DNA of 32,668 bases, from sequence record DRR378314_226; one strand, given 5' to 3'. Of the stretch, positions 8,316 to 16,289 are shown piece after piece. Numbering within the stretch: the stretch's first letter is position 1; every line of letters starts with the position of its first letter. The notes below the pieces were generated by a model, which worked only from the letters and a program-made list of their open reading frames with translations, searched no databases and had not been told where the DNA came from. The translations under genes were made by a program, and so were the position numbers.

Positions 8316-10799
8316 ATGGAATCATTAATGAACAAGACAAAGAACAAATTCACCTTTAAAATAATGTTCAGCTATCTAATGCTTGGGATATTGACCCTGG
8401 TAGTAGCCTATTTTATATTTTCAGAAATTAAGGTATTTGTATCTACAGACACAGCAACGGAAAACGATGCCAAATTACTAAAAACAGGCTCCCTATTAAC
8501 AGAACTATATGAGGCGGAAAGTCTTTCCAAACTGGCACTCCAAAAAAAGACCCCAAAAAGCTTTACGGCCTATGCCCAAAAGATAGATTCCATTTTTATC
8601 ACGATAGACTCCCTTAAACTTCTTACAGTTAATGACTACCAAAAGGAGATGTTGGATAGTGTGCAGGGGCTTCTTAAAAAAAAGGTATTCAACAGTAATG
8701 AATTGCTGCGCTTAAAAAGAAAAAGCGAAACCAACAATTCTATAGACAATGCCCTCAAGGAATTTAGCAAAATTGAAGAGTCTCTTGGAAAAATTACTCC
8801 GGAAAGCCTAAATCCCAATTATTCGGACTTACCTCCTGATGCTCAGAATACCTTAAAAAAATGGGCAGAATATCTAAGTGAAAACGTCCCACAAGACACC
8901 AGTAACATTCCTGTTGCCCAACGGGTAGATTCTGTTTTAACGGTTTCCAAATCGCTTTTGGCAGAGGCCAAACAGAGCAATACCAAGGCCTTGCGTTCGG
9001 TAGCACAGAAAGAATTGCAATTAAGCAGGGCCGATCTGGAAATTTCACAGCAGTTGCGCAGTATTATTTCGGCCTTTGAACAGGAGGTAATTACAAAATC
9101 CTACAACGACAACCTAAAAAAACAAACCGCCCTAAAAAGAAGCCTGCGTGTGGCCGGTTTTGCCAGCTTGCTGGGTATAGCTATTGTGGGACTCTTCACT
9201 TTCCTAATTACCAAAGATTATTGGAAGGTACAATTGTATAGGCAGCAACTGGAGAAAGAAAAGAAATTTTCCGAATCCCTTTTAAGAAGTCGGGAACAAT
9301 TAATTTCTACGGTTAGCCATGACCTGCGAACACCATTGAATACCATAACAGGTTATTCCGAATTAATGGAAAATACCGGGCTTTCCGGCAAACAGGTGTC
9401 CTATTTAAAGAATGTAAAATCCGCTTCCAAATATGTGGATAGTCTAGTAAACGATCTATTGGATTTTTCCAAATTGGAGGCAGGAAAAATAAAAATAGAC
9501 CAGACAGCATTTATACTTTCCGACCTTATCAGGGAAACTGCCGAAAACCTCAAGGAAATACATTTGAAGAAACCCATAGAACTCCAGGTAATAATCGACA
9601 GGCAATTGGATAAGCCCGTTTTGGGAGATCCATTTAGGATAAGACAAATTTTGACCAACCTAATCGGCAATGCCTATAAATTTACCAATGAAGGTTTCAT
9701 AAAGGTTGAGGCCAAGGTACTAAACGAAGCGAACGGAAACTACCAAACCTTAATTCAGGTCACTGATACTGGCATAGGGATTAAAAAAGAAAAACAAGAA
9801 CACATTTTTAAAGAGTTTACCCAGGCAGAGGACCATACGGATAAAAAATATGGCGGTTATGGTCTAGGTCTTACTATTTCCAAGAAACTCACCGAACTGT
9901 TGGGTGGAGAAATTAGCCTCCATAGCGAGGAAAATAAAGGAAGTACATTTTCGGTTGAAATTCCTCTCGAGATATCAAAAAAACCTTTGAACTCCCCTAA
10001 GAAAATGGAAATCAGCCCAAAAGTGGAGTTGTCCCTTCTTATCATTGATGATGACCCTGCCATGCTAAAACTGCTCAAGGAAGTCTGTCAACATTTGGGA
10101 CTCGCTGCCCATACCTACAATAGTTTTGATGATGTTACTAGAATAGGGACACTTAATTACAACATGGTTTTGACCGATATACAAATGCCCAATATAACTG
10201 GTTTTGAAGTATTGGGCAAACTGCAAAACGGCACCTATTCGCATTATGCCGGGCAACCCATAGTAGCCATGACGGGGCGGAAGGATCTAAAAAGGAAGCA
10301 GTATATTGAAGCAGGTTTTTCAGATATCCTTCAAAAACCCTTTACCAAAGATATGTTCTTGGAAGTATTGAGCAACTTGTTCCCCCAAGCAGTTCGTAAA
10401 AAAGCTGAAAATACAGAAAAACCTAATATCGCCTCTGGTTCAAACTTATTCCACTTGGGGGTTATTTCCTCTTTTTTGGGAGATGATTATGAAGGCATAG
10501 CCGAAGTTTTGCGGACCTTTATTACCGATACCAAAACCAACATGGAAAAACTGAAAGTGGCGGTAGATGATATGGATATTAAGACGGTGAATGTTGTTTC
10601 ACATCGAATGCTCCCCATGTTCAGACAATTAAACAGTAAGGAGATAGTTCCAATATTAGAGCAATTGGAGATTTTGGAAATTGGCCAATGGGAACCTAAG
10701 GTCTTGAAACAAACCTACAGGGACATTCAGAATAAGTCCACCGTTTTGATCCTGGCCATTAAATCATATTTGGCTACAAGTCCAAATTATAGTGATTAA
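8316..10799 (+). CDS. Hybrid sensor histidine kinase (2 TM, periplasmic sensor, HisKA, HATPase, REC, Hpt-like)
   Basis: H-box VSHDLRTPL, N-box QILTNLIGNAYKFT, G-boxes DTGIGI and GYGLGLTI, receiver IIDDD...TDIQMP...KPF, C-terminal SHRMLPMF Hpt-like His. Confidence 0.93.
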   Translation: MESLMNKTKNKFTFKIMFSYLMLGILTLVVAYFIFSEIKVFVSTDTATENDAKLLKTGSLLTELYEAESLSKLALQKKTPKSFTAYAQKIDSIFITIDSLKLLTVNDYQKEMLDSVQGLLKKKVFNSNELLRLKRKSETNNSIDNALKEFSKIEESLGKITPESLNPNYSDLPPDAQNTLKKWAEYLSENVPQDTSNIPVAQRVDSVLTVSKSLLAEAKQSNTKALRSVAQKELQLSRADLEISQQLRSIISAFEQEVITKSYNDNLKKQTALKRSLRVAGFASLLGIAIVGLFTFLITKDYWKVQLYRQQLEKEKKFSESLLRSREQLISTVSHDLRTPLNTITGYSELMENTGLSGKQVSYLKNVKSASKYVDSLVNDLLDFSKLEAGKIKIDQTAFILSDLIRETAENLKEIHLKKPIELQVIIDRQLDKPVLGDPFRIRQILTNLIGNAYKFTNEGFIKVEAKVLNEANGNYQTLIQVTDTGIGIKKEKQEHIFKEFTQAEDHTDKKYGGYGLGLTISKKLTELLGGEISLHSEENKGSTFSVEIPLEISKKPLNSPKKMEISPKVELSLLIIDDDPAMLKLLKEVCQHLGLAAHTYNSFDDVTRIGTLNYNMVLTDIQMPNITGFEVLGKLQNGTYSHYAGQPIVAMTGRKDLKRKQYIEAGFSDILQKPFTKDMFLEVLSNLFPQAVRKKAENTEKPNIASGSNLFHLGVISSFLGDDYEGIAEVLRTFITDTKTNMEKLKVAVDDMDIKTVNVVSHRMLPMFRQLNSKEIVPILEQLEILEIGQWEPKVLKQTYRDIQNKSTVLILAIKSYLATSPNYSD

Positions 10800-12132
10800 T
10801 TTTGTTGTATAGCGTTTTCCTAGTAATCTGAAGGAGTTTGGCCGCTTTGGATTTATTAAAATTTGATTGTTTCAAGGCCTTTACTATTTGTTCCTTCTCA
10901 TAATCGGCCTTGGAAAAGTTATCGACTTTAGCATTGCTTTCCTTACTCTTATATACTTCTTTGGGCAAGGCAGCTTTCTCTACCATATCCCCACTGGTCA
11001 ACAGAACCGCCCTTTTTATAACATTCTGCAATTCACGTAGATTTCCGGGCCAATGATATTGCTTAAATATATCCTTTACATCCTCCGAAAAACCTTGCAC
11101 TACTTTTCCCAAGGATCGGTTGGCCTTTTTCAAAAAGAAATCAGCGAAAAGTGGTAGGTCTTCAAAGCGTTCCTCCAAGGACGGGATTTCTACAGAAAAT
11201 TCGTTGATCCTATGAAAAAGATCTTCCCTAAAACTACCGTTTTCAACAGCCTCTGTTAGGTCTTCGTTCGTGGCCGTTACAATTCGGATATCTACCTCTA
11301 TCTCCTTGTTACTACCAACTCTTTTAATTTTTCTTTCCTGTAGGGCCCTTAACAACTGTATCTGGTTTTCATAGGAAAGGTTCCCTATTTCGTCCAAAAA
11401 TAAGGTACCCCCATTGGCCGCCTCAAAATGTCCCTTTTTATCCTCCACTGCTCCAGTAAAACTTCCTTTAACATGCCCAAAAAATTCACTCGTAGCAATT
11501 TCTTTGGGAATGGCACCGCAATCTACGGCCACAAAATTGTGTTCATTGCGCTTACTATTATCGTGTATCGCCCTTGCAGTTACCTCCTTTCCTGTCCCAC
11601 TTTCCCCTGTAATTAAAACGGACATGTCCGTAGGGGCCACCAGCTTTATGTACTCGTGCAATTTTTTGGAAGCCTCACTTATTCCAATAACAACCCTATC
11701 GTCCTGGGGATCAACTACCAAATTTTCGCTTTTATGGCTATCCTTTGGCGCACTATCCAATTGCCTCTCGGTCTCTTGGTTTAAGGCGCTTTTAATCTGC
11801 ATTAGAATTTCCTCTGGAGTAAATGGTTTGGAGATGTAGTCGTAGGCACCCTTTTTCATGGCCTCAACGGCAGACCCAACCTCGGCATAACCGGTCATAA
11901 CAATAACCTGTGTCTTTGGATTTACCTCCTTGATATCGGATAAAAGTTGAAGCCCATCATAATTGGGAAGTCGCAAATCTGTTAAAACTAGATCATAGGT
12001 GCTTGCCTTGAATTTGGTCTTGGCATCCTGGGCAGTAAAACTTTCGTCGACATCGTAACCGTTTCTAATCAAAAACTTTTGAAGCATTTGACAAAAAGCG
12101 GCGTCATCTTCAATGATAAGGAGTTTGGGCAT
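10774..12132 (-). CDS. Sigma54-dependent (NtrC-family) response regulator
   Basis: REC (IEDD...TDLRLP), Walker A GESGTGKE, GSFTGA loop, LFLDEIG, WPGNLRELQN, Fis-type HTH NKSKAAKLLQITRKTLYNKI. Confidence 0.96.
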   Translation of the reverse strand: MPKLLIIEDDAAFCQMLQKFLIRNGYDVDESFTAQDAKTKFKASTYDLVLTDLRLPNYDGLQLLSDIKEVNPKTQVIVMTGYAEVGSAVEAMKKGAYDYISKPFTPEEILMQIKSALNQETERQLDSAPKDSHKSENLVVDPQDDRVVIGISEASKKLHEYIKLVAPTDMSVLITGESGTGKEVTARAIHDNSKRNEHNFVAVDCGAIPKEIATSEFFGHVKGSFTGAVEDKKGHFEAANGGTLFLDEIGNLSYENQIQLLRALQERKIKRVGSNKEIEVDIRIVTATNEDLTEAVENGSFREDLFHRINEFSVEIPSLEERFEDLPLFADFFLKKANRSLGKVVQGFSEDVKDIFKQYHWPGNLRELQNVIKRAVLLTSGDMVEKAALPKEVYKSKESNAKVDNFSKADYEKEQIVKALKQSNFNKSKAAKLLQITRKTLYNKINHYNLDL

Positions 12133-12211
12133 ACCTTTCTATTACAATTTACTATAGATGGTAAAAATACCATAAGAAAGTTAGTTGCCTTTAAAAATTT
12201 TCATAAAAAAT

Positions 12212-12242
12212 AGAGGGGGATTGTATAAAACAATCCCCCTCT
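12212..12242 (-). terminator. Intrinsic terminator of paralogue 1
   Basis: AGAGGGGGATTGT-5nt-ACAATCCCCCTCT followed by ATTTTTT on the minus strand. Confidence 0.85.
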
Positions 12243-12283
12243 TACCAAACCAACTTGATACAAAACAAATAATTCAAGTTTTA

Positions 12284-12586
12284 CTATAGTTCTATCCAGT
12301 TACCGTCTTTATCGGCATACAAAGTACCTGTAGTACCATCCTCCAAAGTTACTTCCAACTTATATTGCTCCTGCTTATTTACATAAGCTTTACTGATGGT
12401 CCCCGAAGGATAGTCAGTAGAAACAGCTGTTGCAACCGCTTCTGGTAAATCACTTGTTTCTATTTCAGAGAAGTCGTCCTGAGCTATTGCAGTTTGTGTA
12501 GTTACTAGTGCTACATCTTCACCTGCTTGAGCAAATGCGGTTAGACTTCCGAATGATAATACTGCTACAAAAAATAATTTTTTCAT
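12284..12586 (-). CDS. Small secreted PepSY-like/DUF2874-like protein, paralogue 1 (100 aa)
   Basis: Start moved to MKKLFF (signal peptide ending AFA); LPEAV...YP..TISKAY...YKLEV...LYADKDGNWI. Confidence 0.8.
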   Translation of the reverse strand: MKKLFFVAVLSFGSLTAFAQAGEDVALVTTQTAIAQDDFSEIETSDLPEAVATAVSTDYPSGTISKAYVNKQEQYKLEVTLEDGTTGTLYADKDGNWIEL

Positions 12587-12621
12587 GATTTTCATTTTAA
12601 TAGTTAAACTTGTTATATCTA

Positions 12622-12639
12622 TTGAAAATATGATACCAA
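12622..12639 (-). promoter_or_regulatory. Sigma54-like promoter of paralogue 1
   Basis: TTGGTATCATATTTTCAA (GG-N10-TC; non-canonical -12). Confidence 0.45.
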
Positions 12640-12712
12640 AATTCAACGAACACTTAAAATATACGTAACCACCTATATATGTGTGTGTTATGATTCGTGC
12701 ACAAAAAATTGA

Positions 12713-12762
12713 ACTGTGTATTTTTGGGTATCAAACTTTTTTAATGGGTAAAAACTAAACAC
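12713..12762. promoter_or_regulatory. Conserved upstream motif (candidate enhancer/UAS), copy 1
   Basis: ACTGTGTA-TTTT-TGGGTAT-N13-TGGGTAAAAACTAAACAC; repeated at 13383 and 14073. Confidence 0.65.
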
Positions 12763-12899
12763 TATTTCTTATGTATCCTTATTGTATGCCAGAAACAGAT
12801 TCTTTATTACCTAATAATTAATTGTGCCAAATCGCCAATCAAATGACAATGCCATCAAGTTACCGCCATATTTCACCTTATAAAACACCAAAAACAAAA

Positions 12900-12925
12900 A
12901 ATGGGATCGTTTAAACGATCCCATT
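12900..12925 (-). terminator. Intrinsic terminator of paralogue 2
   Basis: Palindrome AATGGGATCGTTTAAACGATCCCATT followed by TTTTGTTTTT on the minus strand. Confidence 0.8.
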
Positions 12926-12963
12926 ATCATTGGTATGCCCAATAATATCATAATAAACACATC

Positions 12964-13266
12964 CTATCTTTCTATCCAATCCCCATCCTTATCGGCATAT
13001 ATGGTACCGCTATTGCCTTCCTTCAAAATTATATCCAACCTGAATTGTTGGAAATTGTTAACATAGGCCTTATTGATAACCGCAGAAGGATAATAGGTGT
13101 CTATTGCCTTGGTCACTGCTTCGGGCAATTCTGCAGCACCTATTTCGGAGAATTTATCTTGAGCAATGCTCATTTCCGTAACCGCCCCTGTTGCTGCTTT
13201 GTTCTCTTGAGCACAGGCGGTTAAACTTGTTATTGATAATGCAATTCCAAAAAATAGCTTTCTCAT
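12964..13266 (-). CDS. Small secreted PepSY-like/DUF2874-like protein, paralogue 2 (100 aa)
   Basis: Start MRKLFF; LPEAVTKAIDTYYPSAVINKAY...IYADKDGDWI; a Cys in LTAC might form a lipobox. Confidence 0.8.
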   Translation of the reverse strand: MRKLFFGIALSITSLTACAQENKAATGAVTEMSIAQDKFSEIGAAELPEAVTKAIDTYYPSAVINKAYVNNFQQFRLDIILKEGNSGTIYADKDGDWIER

Positions 13267-13299
13267 GATTCTAATTTTAATAATTATTACCATTACCAA

Positions 13300-13316
13300 A
13301 GGAAAAACGATACCGA
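13300..13316 (-). promoter_or_regulatory. Sigma54-like promoter of paralogue 2
   Basis: TCGGTATCGTTTTTCCT (GG-N10-CC), aligns with the paralogue 1 element. Confidence 0.4.
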
Positions 13317-13382
13317 AATCAATAAAAAACCTTCATTACACTGACTTTCAATAACTTAAAGTAGTTTTGCTATTACACAAAG

Positions 13383-13432
13383 ACTGTGTAATAATGGGTA
13401 TTAAGGAATTCAATTGTGTTAAAATTACACAC
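13383..13432. promoter_or_regulatory. Conserved upstream motif (candidate enhancer/UAS), copy 2
   Basis: ACTGTGTA-ATAA-TGGGTAT-N13-TGTGTTAAAATTACACAC; same 50-bp span as copy 1. Confidence 0.65.
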
Positions 13433-13560
13433 CATAACCTCAGATAGGGGAACAATGACAACTTGAAAACCCATGAACAGGACTAAATATGGCAACGGCT
13501 TACACTATTCTACTAAGACATAAATAATAGTTGGGTGCCACTTTCCAATAGAAACGCATA

Positions 13561-13582
13561 AGGGCCACCATAAGGTAGCCCT
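13561..13582 (-). terminator. Hairpin downstream of paralogue 3 (probable terminator)
   Basis: Minus-strand RNA AGGGCUACC-UUAU-GGUGGCCCU (9 bp, one G-U); weak U tail. Confidence 0.55.
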
Positions 13583-13622
13583 GCTAATTCAAATAACTCA
13601 TATAACTCACTTTACCAATGCA

Positions 13623-13934
13623 TTACATATCTATCCAGTTGCCTGAAGCATCGGCATATAATTCGGAATTGGTTCCATCTGAAAAAGTAACCTCCAACTT
13701 ATATTCAGCCTCTTCATTTACATATGCTTTGTTTATTACGGCTCCGGCATGATCCTTCTCCAAAGCCTTTGTAATTGTGTCGGGCAATTGATCAAGATCT
13801 ATTTCAGTAAATTCTTGAGCAATAATTACTTCCATAATTCCATCGTGAAATATTGGAGGTGACGCCAAAACTGGACCTAAACTTCCCATTGCCATCGCTG
13901 TGGCAAAAACCAAGCTTTTCATATCATTTTTCAT
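13623..13934 (-). CDS. Small secreted PepSY-like/DUF2874-like protein, paralogue 3 (~100 aa)
   Basis: Start MKNDMKSLVF (alternative ATG at 13922); LPDTITKAL...AVINKAY...YKLEV...LYADASGNWI. Confidence 0.8.
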   Translation of the reverse strand: MKNDMKSLVFATAMAMGSLGPVLASPPIFHDGIMEVIIAQEFTEIDLDQLPDTITKALEKDHAGAVINKAYVNEEAEYKLEVTFSDGTNSELYADASGNWIDM

Positions 13935-13982
13935 ATCTCTAGTGTTTTGTGTGAATACTATTTGTTTCTCACAGCAGATAGA

Positions 13983-13998
13983 AGGAAAATTGTGCCAA
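13983..13998 (-). promoter_or_regulatory. Sigma54-like promoter of paralogue 3
   Basis: TTGGCACAATTTTCCT: canonical -24 TGGCAC, non-canonical -12. Confidence 0.5.
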
Positions 13999-14072
13999 CA
14001 ATCAAATTTCAATAATTAAATTTACACCACATTGACAATCAGTTATTTATGCAAAATCTATTATTTATGGGG

Positions 14073-14127
14073 AATGTATAAATATGTATAGCACCGCAAA
14101 AAGTGTATAAAAATTATACACTTTTTG
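14073..14127. promoter_or_regulatory. Conserved upstream motif (candidate enhancer/UAS), copy 3, with a perfect palindrome
   Basis: AATGTATA-AATA-TGTATAG-N12-TGTATAAAAATTATACAC; includes the 14-bp inverted repeat CAAAAAGTGTATAA-AAA-TTATACACTTTTTG (14097-14127). Confidence 0.6.
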
Positions 14128-14187
14128 GGCACAATACCTGATATATTTGTTGGAAATGGGAAATAGTCCCATATGTGGTCCATAAAT

Positions 14188-15726
14188 CTATTTTACCTGA
14201 TGAGCAGGTTTTAATAGGTCGTTGACCGTTTTTACAGGATTGAAGGTCACCAAGGGAACTTCAACAAAAATAGTATTCCAAAAGGCCATGGCACCGTTCC
14301 ATAGACCTGGCAGCTCCAGAGCTTTTAGATCTTTTCCTTCTTTTGTTTTTTGGGTGATAAAACCTTGTTTGGCATCTACATAATTGAGCAAATTAAATTT
14401 CTCTCCCTTATAATTTCTTACCCCGCAGACCAAATCTACCGGGTTAAAGTGGGTAGAGTTTTTTAAGATATCGACCTGTGCCGCATTATCCATATCTACT
14501 TGTGCAGATTCTATAATTTGAAGTGAAATATGACCGTGGGCATCCCTTATCCAAAACGGACCGCCTCCAGGTTCGCCTTCATTCTTGACCATTCCACAAA
14601 TACGAATGGGACGGTTTATCTTATCCTTTAAAATTTCTATTTGTTGCCCTATACTAAAACCCCCGAATTTATCTGAGAATCGGACATTTAAATCCTTTTC
14701 CAAAAACGATTTTATAGTTTCCAATAATTCAGAAGTTAAATTATCCCCGTCCAATAGCTTGGCGTATTCAAACGCCTTGCTTTGTAATTCCAACAACAGT
14801 CCGGCCAATATCTTTTTGCTTTTGGCAACGTCGTCAGAAAATCTTGGAACCACCACATTATCAATATTCTTTATAAAAATAATGTCCGCATCCTGCTCGT
14901 TCAGGTTCTCTATCAAGGAACCGTGACCAGCTGGCCTGAACAACAGGGAGCCATCCGAATTTCTGAAAGGTTTGTTGTCCAAAGTTACAGCGATAGTATC
15001 CGTAGAAGGCTTCTGAAAGGAATAGTTAACCGTAAAGGAGGTTTTAGCATCCTTTGCCACACGCTCCCCGGCAGTCTTAAATTCTTTGTTGAACATTTCA
15101 CCATGCTGCTCAGAAATGGTAAAATGTAGATTTGCCTCGTTATTCACCTGGGCGTAGGCAATAGCCTCCTTTAAATGTTCCTCGAAAGGTGTGGCGGTGT
15201 GCTTGCCATAGTCATGAAAGGGCAAAAGGCCTTTTGGGTAAAATCCGAAATCCAAGCCTTCAGGCAATAACATCTCCTTTACAAAAAGGTACTTTTCCTC
15301 ATCCTGGGAGCTTGTCTTACCAGCTATCCTTTTTTGAATAAGGTCATAAAAGGCAAATTTTTTATACCCTTCAAAGAAGGCCTTCACATCCTTATCCTTG
15401 GTTCTGTCCAAATAGGCCTCGAATTTTTCGGCTTTGGGATCATAGGTATCCAAAAAATTGAACATTGCCTTGAACATTCGGGATGCAGCACCGGAAGCCG
15501 GTACAAATTTCAGAAGTGAAATTTTCTTCTTTGCATCCTCAAATTTTTTAATAAGCCCTTGCTCCTCAGCCTCGGAAAATTTGGAAATGCCATCGGATAC
15601 TACCGCGGCCTTTTCCAATCTCACAAAAGGAATACCCTCCTTAAATGTCTCAATTTGACCAAGAACTTTTTCTTTAGAAATACCCTTCTTTTCTAATTGT
15701 TTTTTGTCTGCTTCCGTTAATTCCAT
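14188..15726 (-). CDS. DUF4301 family protein (putative nucleotidyltransferase fold)
   Basis: KFVPASGAASRMFK, RPAGHG, IKNIDN, GEPGGGPFW, THFNPVDLVCG, LELPGLWNGAMA, FNPVKTVNDLL. Confidence 0.88.
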   Translation of the reverse strand: MELTEADKKQLEKKGISKEKVLGQIETFKEGIPFVRLEKAAVVSDGISKFSEAEEQGLIKKFEDAKKKISLLKFVPASGAASRMFKAMFNFLDTYDPKAEKFEAYLDRTKDKDVKAFFEGYKKFAFYDLIQKRIAGKTSSQDEEKYLFVKEMLLPEGLDFGFYPKGLLPFHDYGKHTATPFEEHLKEAIAYAQVNNEANLHFTISEQHGEMFNKEFKTAGERVAKDAKTSFTVNYSFQKPSTDTIAVTLDNKPFRNSDGSLLFRPAGHGSLIENLNEQDADIIFIKNIDNVVVPRFSDDVAKSKKILAGLLLELQSKAFEYAKLLDGDNLTSELLETIKSFLEKDLNVRFSDKFGGFSIGQQIEILKDKINRPIRICGMVKNEGEPGGGPFWIRDAHGHISLQIIESAQVDMDNAAQVDILKNSTHFNPVDLVCGVRNYKGEKFNLLNYVDAKQGFITQKTKEGKDLKALELPGLWNGAMAFWNTIFVEVPLVTFNPVKTVNDLLKPAHQVK

Positions 15727-16289
15727 TATTTTCTCAATAGTTGGTTAATGTAGTTCTGGGCCGTTATCAGCCTTGTTTTTTTATCACCCTTTAAGATAAT
15801 AAAATTCCTGTTATATTTTTCCAAAGTATCCTTGAAATAAAGAAACATTCGTTCACGGTCATTTGGTTTATCCCTTAGGTCATCCTTTTCCCACGGAATG
15901 TCTATATAGGTCAGAAAATAGATATCGTAAGTGTTCTGCAATGCGTAAGTCTCCAAAACTGGATCACAATATCCCAAATAGTAGGCTTCGGAATAAACTT
16001 TGGTCTCCAAAAGATCGGTATCGCATATTAAGACTTCATTAGCCTTCTTGGTCAGGGAATTTTCCAATTTGATCTGTCCCTCAGCTATGGGCAATAAATC
16101 TTTTGGCTCACAGGTTTTCCTTTCTTTATCCCATTTGTCCTGAAGGTATTCACGTGCATATTCCGGTACCCAAACGGTATTGTAATGCTTGGCCAAATCT
16201 TGGGACAAGGTTGTCTTTCCCGTAGATTCCGGTCCAAATAACACTACTTTAATAATACTTGAGGGCTCTTGTTTAAACTTTTCTTCCAT
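15726..16289 (-). CDS. NadR-like stand-alone P-loop kinase (ribosylnicotinamide kinase-like, AAA_28)
   Basis: GPESTGKTT, VPEYAREY, ICDTD, PWEKDDLRD; overlaps pnuC by 46 bp and shares TAATG with DUF4301. Confidence 0.88.
   Translation of the reverse strand: MEEKFKQEPSSIIKVVLFGPESTGKTTLSQDLAKHYNTVWVPEYAREYLQDKWDKERKTCEPKDLLPIAEGQIKLENSLTKKANEVLICDTDLLETKVYSEAYYLGYCDPVLETYALQNTYDIYFLTYIDIPWEKDDLRDKPNDRERMFLYFKDTLEKYNRNFIILKGDKKTRLITAQNYINQLLRK

Noticed and set aside
8316-12132. RteA/RteB of a conjugative transposon
   Set aside because: The domain architecture is similar, but there is no tetQ, rteC, integrase or tra gene; the context is chromosomal
12784-12856. Extra TGGCA(C/T) hexamers on the minus strand between paralogues 1 and 2 (also near 13535 and 27953)
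   Set aside because: No T-rich -12-like segment at the right spacing and no consistent position relative to a gene or the enhancer motif
12587-14012. Longer N-termini given by the track for the three paralogues (also for phytase 21720, TBDR 24667 and HU 32150)
   Set aside because: The extensions run through promoter elements or upstream genes; downstream ATGs give proper signal peptides or family N-termini
12713-14127. Repeated motif read as a CRISPR array or transposon ends
   Set aside because: The copies are degenerate, ~670-690 bp apart, separated by genes, and there is no cas or transposase gene
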